NCBI GenBank assembly: GCA_964016885.1
Contig: OZ024740.1
Location: 176,080,001-176,144,000 of the forward strand
Length of the DNA: 64,000 nucleotides
From: Eledone cirrhosa
Taxonomy: Eukaryota
Direction: 5' to 3'
Shown here: positions 54,550-64,000 of the stretch, piece after piece
Layout: every line of letters starts with the position of its first letter
How positions within the stretch are numbered: position 1 is the first letter of the stretch
Notes under the pieces: model-generated
What the model was told of the DNA's origin: nothing
Seen by the model: only the letters and a program-made list of their open reading frames with translations
The model's database searches: none
Program-made: the position numbers and the translations under genes

Positions 54550-55035
54550 CATATATATATATATGTGTTTATATATATATATATATATATGAATTGGTTT
54601 CTTCTACTTTTCTTTTACTAAACTTTTAATACCCTATTTTTGCTGTTCCCCTCCCTTATTGTGGTTTCCCTGATTCCATTCAAATCTATAATACTTAAGG
54701 TTGTATATGTAACATTAAACCAGTTTTTCTCTCTTGTTTTCATACTCTAACATTTTAAAGGATTAAGACGATAATTTATGTAATTCGCAATGAATTCTTA
54801 CAAATACAAACACACACGCGTGTTATACATATATATTCATTTTAGTAGGGCTAAATAGTGAGTCTTGTTACTCTGGAGTTTCGCCTGTTTATCATACGAT
54901 CATCAGACAATGACGACTCTATGATATACAAGCGAAACTCCAGAGTAACAAGTCTTACTATTCAACCTTAATAAATTAATATTAAAACTCTACTTCGGTA
55001 ATGATTACTCTTTTTCTCTCAGCCGTCAGCCATAT

Positions 55036-55115
<80 letters not shown>

Positions 55116-55296
55116 GGATGTATATATATATATATATATATATATTAATAAGGAGTTGACGGACCCAGCATATTTTCAATGCCAGGACCGGTTGTATCTC
55201 AGCGCACTCCAAGGGCAATGTAAGATACATTCCCAGAGTATACATATAGTTATTCGCTTCAATACAACACACGTAAAACGGGTGCCTATAATAGTT

Positions 55297-55406
55297 CCCG
55301 GACTCGAGTTTCGGCCGCACTAATGCAGCAGTAAGGTGCACTGAACCATCCGTCTACATATATTATGCAACAATGCACAATCGGCTTATGCGGCTTCATC
55401 AGCGGG
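55297..55406 (-). ncRNA. Type I hammerhead ribozyme with extended stem-loop II
   Basis: Minus strand: CCCG CTGATGA A-GCCGCA...TGCGGC-C GAAA CTCGAG TC CGGG. Intact core, GUC cleavage triplet, palindromic stem III. Confidence 0.8.
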
Positions 55407-57291
55407 TATCAATAACCAATCGATCGACAGAATCCAAACCCCTGCCCATGCCGGTCATGACTGTTTGTGACAACCGACACGGTAAAGCGATTAGCAATTG
55501 GCACCCGATACGACTCTGTCTCTCGACTAGCCACCGATTTACAAATTTTACGTGGTGGCGGGAGAGTAGAAAACCAATCTTTTCGTTCCCGTCAAAAGTC
55601 TCAGCCAATGTGACTTACACACAAATTATTACGAGGTGAAAAGATGGCTATTAGAAATAGCATTCGGCTCATGTCTCCAAGTCCCATGGCTAGAGGAAAG
55701 TGATAGTAACAATGGTAGTGCCAAGAACCTTTAATGGACTTTATATATATAGGAAAAGAGTCAGGACCACGACGGCTGAGCTCCGGTCGTTTCGACAGCT
55801 AGATCTGAATTGTTCGGACCTAGCTGTCGAAACGGTCGAAGCTCAGCCGTTGGGGTTGACTCTTATCCTATTACCTACTATACTCCCCTAAGTATTGAGT
55901 ACTCAGGTGCGTCATAGTCCACGTGGTATCTTACCACACCCTCTTTGTTATATATATATATGAATAAGCCAGTTTCAACAGCTACTTTCAACAGCTACTT
56001 CTTGTTGAAACGGCTAGAGCTCAGCCGTTGGAGTCCTGACTCATTTATATAATCATACTCTACTACCCCGAGATTAAGAAAGTGGGCCGTGGAAACAAGA
56101 AACGAATGGAAAACAAGGAAAACAACACGGAAATTCTGATCATTAACTGTCCCGCATTGGATAGTACAGTTCCACCATCATACACATACTTAATATAATG
56201 ATCCTCCATCGGTTTTTACGACGATTGTTGCAGTCGTTTGATCATCAGAACTACCTTCTGTACTCTTGAAATTAACGTTGAAATAGCAGTACGGTGTGTT
56301 CTCCGGGTATGTGTACTTAAACATAATATATCGGAGATTCAGTGTGAAACAATGAATGAGTTATGGGCATCCAAACAGCGTTTGTCAACCGTTTGTCAAC
56401 CAAATTTCACACTCGATGCTTAGGTCAAATCGAGGCAATTGTATGTGAAATGTGTCCAAGATTGTGCAATCGAAAACGGGTGATAAAAAATAAGGGTAAA
56501 AAAATCTTAACCATGGTGCGTACGCTCAGACACATATATATACTAGTAGAAATACGTTTGCTTCGTAATGTAAGTATTAGTGTATGAAAAAGGAAAACTA
56601 CATTTCTTACATGCAAATAAATTTCAGCTTACGGTTTATCTAATTTAATACAACATAATTAAGCAAAGGTGGGATTAAAAGATCCTCTTCAGTCACGAAT
56701 GTTCAACGATTTTGTACCTAGAAAATTCACATCTGAGGCACAAGTCCGGGCAATGTATTTTTAGGAAGACTAGAGGTCACCTATGCATGTTAGTTGTCCA
56801 TAGGAAAATCAAACGCCGATACAGCTTAGCACCATTGACGTCGCAACTCATTTCTACAGTTAAGTGAACTGGAGCAATGGATACTCCATAGCTTGTATTC
56901 TAGGAGTGTGCAGTGTAGCGAATCGCTTATAATTAATAAGCAACATTTCGTGAAATGAGAACAATATGAACATAGTTGATTCCGCGGTCTATTTAGACTC
57001 TTCAGAATCTATTAAATCGCATTAATATTTACCAACACAGGTCCATGGTTTACTTATTCGGGCTTCTAAGATTCTCAATCAATTAAATGATTTAATTTGA
57101 TTTAAATACTGTTTATTTTTATTCTTTTATATATATATATGCTCTCTAGTATTGTAAAACTACTGTGATTGGAAATTTACTGATTAGATTAAACTCTAAA
57201 CTGTCAATCATATATCTTGCTGTAGACTATAAAATCCCATTGAGCTTTGAAATATGTTTTGCCTTTGTATGGTGGTATCATGAACTTATCT

Positions 57292-57369
<78 letters not shown>

Positions 57370-57800
57370 GAACGAGTTCCTATTACCCACTCTACTACCC
57401 TAAGTATTGAGTACTTTGGTGCGTTATAGTCCACCTGGTTCCTTACCACATTTCCTTCGTTATCTAGCTCCTATTCCCGTAGTAGAGCACTTTCCGACCC
57501 TACCACGCCGTATCCAGACTTTTCCGCTAAGCTCAGGGGTCTTACTCATTCCTATTACCCACTCTACTACCCTAAGTATTGAGTACTTTAGTGCGTTATG
57601 GTCCACCTGGTTCCTTACCACATTTCCTTCGTTATATATATATATATATATATATATAATAGAAAACGAAAAATCAGTGATGCATCTGAACTCAATTTAT
57701 TGTGTTACAATTGTTTCGCCGGCGGACAGCTCGAGACGCGATCATTGTGTGGATCTGTCTGATTGTGGACCCGCAGGTTCGACGGACACGTCTAAGGATT

Positions 57801-57831
<31 letters not shown>

Positions 57832-57983
57832 AAAAGAGATAATTTAAGGTAATCCAAGTACGAGTAGTCTGTATCGAGGATAGTTTTAACCTTCGGCGTT
57901 GTTTGACTCAACAAGAAGTTTCCTTAGTCGGGTGGCCGGTTTAAGAAACTTCCCAGGCAGGTGTTTCTTGGAGTAATAATATT

Positions 57984-58201
57984 AAAAGAGTGAAGAATAA
58001 CGTGGTCGGCTGTACAATAAGGTTTATTTGAAGTATTAACAATTATTTCATTAGTCCATTGAACAATTAGTTCATTAGTAAAATCGAGTGACGTGACTTC
58101 TAGCGATCAGCGATTTTAAAACATACTGGACTAATGAAACAATTGTTAATACTTTAAATAAACCCTATTGCGCAGCCGACGACATTATTCTTCACTCTTT
58201 A
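57984..58201. repeat. Fold-back with ~75-bp arms
   Basis: AAAGAGTGAAGAATAA...TTTCATTAGTCCA / TGGACTAATGAAACAATTGTT...TTATTCTTCACTCTTT. Confidence 0.7.
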
Positions 58202-58285
58202 CACCCCCCCCCCTCAGTCTCAAAAGCGTGAACCTAATAAACTCTTATTTCTACTGCCTCTCTGTTTTTGTTCCCGTCTAAGTTT

Positions 58286-58330
<45 letters not shown>

Positions 58331-58466
58331 TAAAATAACAGATTAAAGTTTAAGCAAAGAATCGCTGCTTTCACCCTTAACGGGATCTTCTACGGTTCTT
58401 CTATATTTGATATATATTTTCCTTATCGAGCCCTCTTTGGATTTTAGTCTTCAATTTTATTATTAT

Positions 58467-58519
<53 letters not shown>

Positions 58520-58640
58520 CGTGTGTGTATACATTAATACACACACTCACACACACACACACATATATATACATATATACATATATATGTATACATACAT
58601 ACATACATACATATATATACATATATATACATATATATGT

Positions 58641-58708
<68 letters not shown>

Positions 58709-58746
58709 GTATATATATATATATATATATACATATATATGTATAC

Positions 58747-58779
<33 letters not shown>

Positions 58780-59427
58780 ATGTGTGTGTGTGTGTGTATC
58801 CCGGGTTCAATCGGGGGTTACCACGGTAAGTAAGGTACACAATATATAGTAGATTATAACTATCTAATATAAAAATGACTTTTACAGGACTAGAACTGTT
58901 TCATTCGAAGGAAATCATCTGGAAAGCCGACTGTCGATGTGTTATCGTGGTATTCATACATCTTTCTGGTGGTAGGGGAAGGTGGTGATTGGGATGGGTG
59001 GATGTCATTGGCTGATACACATACATAGACACTCGAGTTTTGGATTCTGTATAAATGTCAATATATTGAAATTTTCACGCCAAAACTCTATTTAAATATC
59101 CAGAATCTTTTTTAAAAAGTTGCATTTAAAGGGAATTAACTCTTGCTTACAAATAATATTTCAAATCTTATTTATTCCCCTTTGATCTTTACTCACCGGA
59201 TATTTCTTGTGAAGATGATGATTATAATACTGCTTTTCATAAATGTCCTGGTTATGGAAAAAATATCCTAAAAAGATTTTAAAGACAATTTTTAATTAAA
59301 ATATGAATTTTAATATGAAAACCATATTTTTGATTATTGGCTCCTGATTATTCGGATATGGTATTAAGCTTAAGTTCAAATTCACTACAGCTACTTTCAT
59401 TATGTATTTAGGCAATGGTGTATTTAG

Positions 59428-59615
59428 GGCGGTGGATTGGCAGTATCGGTAGATGGTCGGACGTCATGCTTTCCAGCATAGTTACGTCCCTTTACGATCT
59501 GCGTTCAAATCTCGCCGAGGTTGACTTTGCCTTTCATCCTTACGGGGTCGATAAAATAAAGTACCAGTAATGCACTGGGTATTTGCTGGCCTTGTGCCTA
59601 AAGTAGAAACAATTA
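59428..59615 (+). mobile_element. SINE family A
   Basis: GGCGGTGGATTGGCAG start, box B, core; flanking TATTTAGG repeat. Confidence 0.82.
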
Positions 59616-60055
59616 TATATTTAGGCAATACATCTAATTCTACAACCCTAACATGACCCAGCAATCAGAAATAGTTCTCAGATTTTCCGTGAGACTGTCT
59701 CCTATGATAGGAAAGATTTATCTAATTATGAGAAATCAGAATTTATGCACTAGCTATTGGAGGCATTTTTAGATTTAATGTCCAAAATTTAAGGCCAGTT
59801 GATTAATGAAAATAAAAGAAAGTCTATATATATCTTATAATTTATTTACGCCACTCTATATCTGTCAAGACTGGAAAATTGATGTGCCAATGTTTTAAAT
59901 TTCTGAGAAAAATGTGTATTTTCATGATTGCAAAAACATTTAAAATTTCATATTTTTTCCTTTACCTAACACTTTTGATACAGAACTGCCTGAAACTGAC
60001 CCTAGTTCTATAGATCAAAACTATTGATTTTAAAGTGTTTATATTTATCTAAAAT

Positions 60056-60745
60056 CCTTCTTCTTCTTCTTCTTCTTCTTCTTCTTCTTCTTCTTCTTCT
60101 TCTTCTTCTTCTTCTTCTTCTTCTTCACCCACTTATTGCTGAGAGGGTAATGGGGGCTGAATTTTCAAATACTCCTTCCAGCGGAAGGAGTATTTGAATC
60201 AACCCTCTCCAACTGATCCAGCTGGATCCTCACGTTAGACCAGCCAAGCTAATGGATGTTAACCAGCCATTTTGCTCGGGGTCTATCCCTGGCTCTCCTG
60301 CCTGTTGGTTTTGCCCTTAAAATCTGTCCAGCGATTCTTTCCGAAGACATTCTAACCACATGTCCATAGTATTGGAGCTGTGATCTCTCAATTTGGAGAA
60401 GTAGCGGTTCTACCTGGAGTGACTCACTGATCTCCAAGCTACGCACTCTATCAAGTAACATCACTCCCAAGACACTTCGGCAGCTTATATTCATAATCAT
60501 ATTCTTTCGGTCATTACCCAAGATTCATGACCATAGGTAAGGGTTGGCATGAATACTAAATTGAAGATAGCAAATTTGGCTTTTACACCCACCTCCCTTC
60601 ATCTGATTACCGAATGTTGAAGCTGGTGCATTACTGCACCAGCTCCTGTAATTCTTCCATGTAATTCAGCCTCCTGCCTGCTATCATTTGTGAATATAGA
60701 GCCGAGACACTTGAACTTCTTCACCTGCTTCAGTGGAACTCATTC
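60056..60745 (-). mobile_element. RTE-type LINE 3' fragment with (GAA)n tail, same family as the 38.3 kb fragment
   Basis: RSQLQYYGHVVRMSSERIAGQILRAKPTGRRARDRPRAKW; (CTT)n at ~60057-60126. Confidence 0.82.
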
Positions 60746-62934
60746 ACAAGGACGAGTGTCTCAGATTCTATCATAATTTTATGTAAGAACACCAGCTTAA
60801 TCATAAGAATGTTAATTATATTATTAAATCTCTCCAAATTCTTGTTTACTTTTAAAAATTATTGAAATATAGATGCAGTATCTTTCATTAGAAATATAGT
60901 AATGAAAGGGTTAACACTTTAGCATTTAAACTGGCCATATCTAGCCAGAATTCTCTCACCTATTTCTGGTTTAACCAGCCATAACTAGCCACTCATACCA
61001 ATGTTAAGGCATTATTCTCAAAATAAATAATATCAAAATCTCATAGATTCGATATTATGTGCGATAATTAAGTGAAGTAAAGCCTTTACCATGAAAATTC
61101 TATAGTAAATATAGAGTAATGTAAATGCTAAAGGATTAAAGATGTCAGAATAAATTATTCTAGATATACCACATTTGTAATTACATCAATATATGAACAC
61201 TTTCATTTTATCTAAACTTTTAAATTTTCATGATTGCATAAGTGACAGCTGGAATTATTTTTTCTAATCATTCCACCAATCTTAGAACTAATAATTTTCA
61301 ATTTCACCTAAAAGTTAACAGCTCCCATTCGGATGACTTCAACCTAGTCAGGAAATTGTAAATTTTCAAGAAATAAAAATCAGAATTTCACAGTTTTGTT
61401 AGAATGAAAAAATGAATTTTTCTTACTTGTTAGAAATAATAATTTCCACAGGCTTTTCCATTGTCAAAAGCAATAAAACACACCACTACCACCACCTCCT
61501 ATTTTGATTACCACTATGCTTCATGGATTAGACAGGTTGTCATATTCTGTGGCTAGACAGGCAGGTTAGACGACTGTATCTTGCTCACATGTTTCATTTT
61601 GGCTGGATTCTTTCCTAACACCTGCCACTTCATGGCATGAATGAGTTTGATTTCTGATGAGAAGGTGAACTGGGTGTTTTTCTGTGAAATTAGCACTACC
61701 AATTTACAGTGTGGGCAAGGCGCATTTTATCATAGTACCAGAACTATCACTTTACAAAGTGGGTTTGGTGCATTTTATCATTATACCAGCATTTCCACAA
61801 TCCAGTGTGGGCTGAGCACTAAGTGTGTTTTATTGTGATACCAGTGCTACCACATTTCACCACCAGCAAGCTTGCATCCTTGGCTAGGCTGGGAGGACAG
61901 CAGTTGGGAGTGTGGGGAACGAGGGCAGGGTTTGAGCTGCATGTTACTAGAGGGAGGAGTAGCGTGATTTTCGGGTAAGTGACATCTGATGGTATTGTAA
62001 GTAGCAGAGTGTGAGCCCAGGTTTTCCTTATGGCATGGTTAAACAAGGAGGAAATAAATTTGGCCGTGCAAGTTTTGGGGGAAAAGAGAAAGGGAGAGTA
62101 AGTGTTGGGTTTCAAGGTGGTTTTAGGGAGAGAAAAAGTGAGCAAGCAGCATCTGACAGTATAGTGGAAGTGCATCCACCTTAAGGTGAGGGTCTGGGAT
62201 GAGTGAAGGGGAGTGACTTTGTAGGTTGAGGAAAGACTATGGTGGAGAAGCAGGGATCGCGTCTATAAGGGTGAAGTGAATAGATATTGAGGAGGTGATG
62301 GTAAAGGCATCTTGAGTGTTGTTACATCTTTCTTCCTTTTACAGTCATTCTCTCCATGCTCTTGTAGTCAAGGATGTGAAAGGAGTTGGGGAGACTAGGT
62401 GAGGGGGATAGTGAGGAAGAGATGATAGATGGTGTAACTTAAGTCTTGTTATATCTTTCTGCTTTTTACAGCCATGCTCTCATTCTTTATTTCATTGCAC
62501 TTGTGTAGGGATGTGAATCTTCTGTAGTATGGCATGTCACCAACTGTCTCTATCCTGTGTCATCTTCGCTGTGAGATCCACATTTTTACGGTCAGCTTTT
62601 ACCACTTTGATCTTAGGTCTTCTTCTTCTACAATTTACTTCAACTTTAAGTGCCTGCACTTCTTAATGCTCGTCTCATCCTTCATATGTACAACATGGCA
62701 ATAACAACACAGTCTTCTCTCTTGTAGACTACATCAGCTTTTTCTCATGTCTAGTTTTTCTCTCATCCTATTAATGCTTTGTTGTTCTTCCACATTACTA
62801 ATATACATCTATCAGAGAATGCTCGCCTCATACATATCCAATCTTTGCAAATCCTTTGCATTGATTGTCGAAGTCTTGCTTCCATACAGCATCACAGTTC
62901 ACACAAAGGCATCCTACAATCTGCCTTTGTATCA

Positions 62935-63200
62935 TAGTGAAAAGCCAACAGAGGACAATTTTAGAGACGTGCTTCGTCCAACGCAAATCGCTGCTGACCA
63001 TAATGCCCAGGTCACGTTCACAAGAAGACTTCTTGATATTAGTGTTGTGGAGGGAGTATGTGGATGCTGGATTTTTACTCCCAAAATGCATGGCGGTACA
63101 CTTGTCCACAGCTAGCTTGAGTTGCCAGTCTGTGATCCATTGTTGCATTGTGTCCAGGTCAGATTGCAGGCAAGAACTATAGTGTTCAGGATCGGTCCTT
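62935..63200 (-). mobile_element. CR1/Jockey-type RT fragment
   Basis: LQSDLDTMQQWITDWQLKLAVDKC...ERDLGIMVSSDLRWTKHV is typical of the region after the YADD motif in CR1-type RTs. Confidence 0.78.
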
Positions 63201-63557
63201 TTTATATAAAAAAAAAAGGGAATGCATATCATCAACATGCTTTGATAGAATAAGTTGATTTTAAAAGTTAAGATCTAATATACTTTGACTATAATTCCAT
63301 ATCTGTCAATGTCAATAAGACAGAGAGAAGATAAAGAAAGAGAGATAAGAGACAGACAAATAGACAAAGTAAGCATACAAGACAGCTAACATATTTTTTT
63401 GAAAATATAATTGTTTCTCAGTATGAGATTTTAAATGTTAAATTCAGTTTACAGATCAGTTTATGATTGAACATAGATTATGTTTTCAAAAAGCTGTCGA
63501 TATATATTTACTCGTAATACCAGAGCCATGTCCCCTGACATGAATCTTATAATTAGT

Positions 63558-63750
63558 TGCGGTGGATTGGCAGTAACGGTAGAGGGTCGGACGCCATGCT
63601 TTGACGCATAGAGTTACAGCCCTTTCCAATCTGAGTTCAAATCCCGCCGAGGTTAACTTTGCCTTTCATCCTTACGGGGTCGATAAAATAAAGTACCAGT
63701 AATACACTGGGTATTTGCTGGCCTCGTGCCAAAAGTAGAAACAATTATTT
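63558..63750 (+). mobile_element. SINE family A
   Basis: Full-length family match. Confidence 0.82.
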
Positions 63751-64000
63751 GTAAATATATTATAAAGTTAGTTTGGTTTATATATAAAATAATTCTGTAA
63801 GTGAATACCAGATTTATTTCCCCTAGTATGAGCTTTTTGTTTAAACATACTTTTTGCTTATATCTTTTTAATAGATGTAGAATATTATATGGTTTGTTGA
63901 AAGGGTGAAGACCTTATTTTTAAAGGTTGTTTTAAGGTTCTAATGAAGAAAAAAAGCCTTTTTATCTTATAAAAGGAAGAAAACCTGTGGAGAATTAGTG

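Noticed and set aside
57370-57635. Direct repeats with intervening sequence, superficially CRISPR-like
   Set aside because: Only two ~85-bp copies of a retroelement tail; eukaryotic context and no cas genes.
63558-63660. tRNA-like box A/B sequences
   Set aside because: These are SINE heads with no complete cloverleaf.

Overview
AT-rich eukaryotic (animal) genomic DNA, very dense in (TA)n/(CA)n/(GA)n microsatellites and retroelements. The SINE families look like those of octopus/cephalopods, but the taxon is inferred. The only plausible host gene is a compact, apparently single-exon class A GPCR (minus strand, 34862-35842). The rest is mostly transposon-derived: a near-complete decayed Penelope-like element (RT + GIY-YIG), decayed RTE, R4/Dong-like, CRE-like and CR1-like LINEs, tRNA-derived SINEs, bipartite RTE-derived non-autonomous elements and a hAT-type element with an 8-bp TSD. 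The most striking signal is about 20 type I hammerhead ribozyme (HHR) motifs (CUGANGA...GAAA...NUH) from roughly 10 apparently distinct sequence families. Most sit in 150-500 bp non-coding fold-back or tandem units embedded in (TA)n arrays. One is a ~413-429 bp tandem, retrozyme-like unit whose end lies at the predicted cleavage site. Some termini run from the Penelope 3' UTR into a conserved ORF start (MTLPKxNNI...). All motifs and alignments were read by eye, boundaries are approximate, and no activity is demonstrated.
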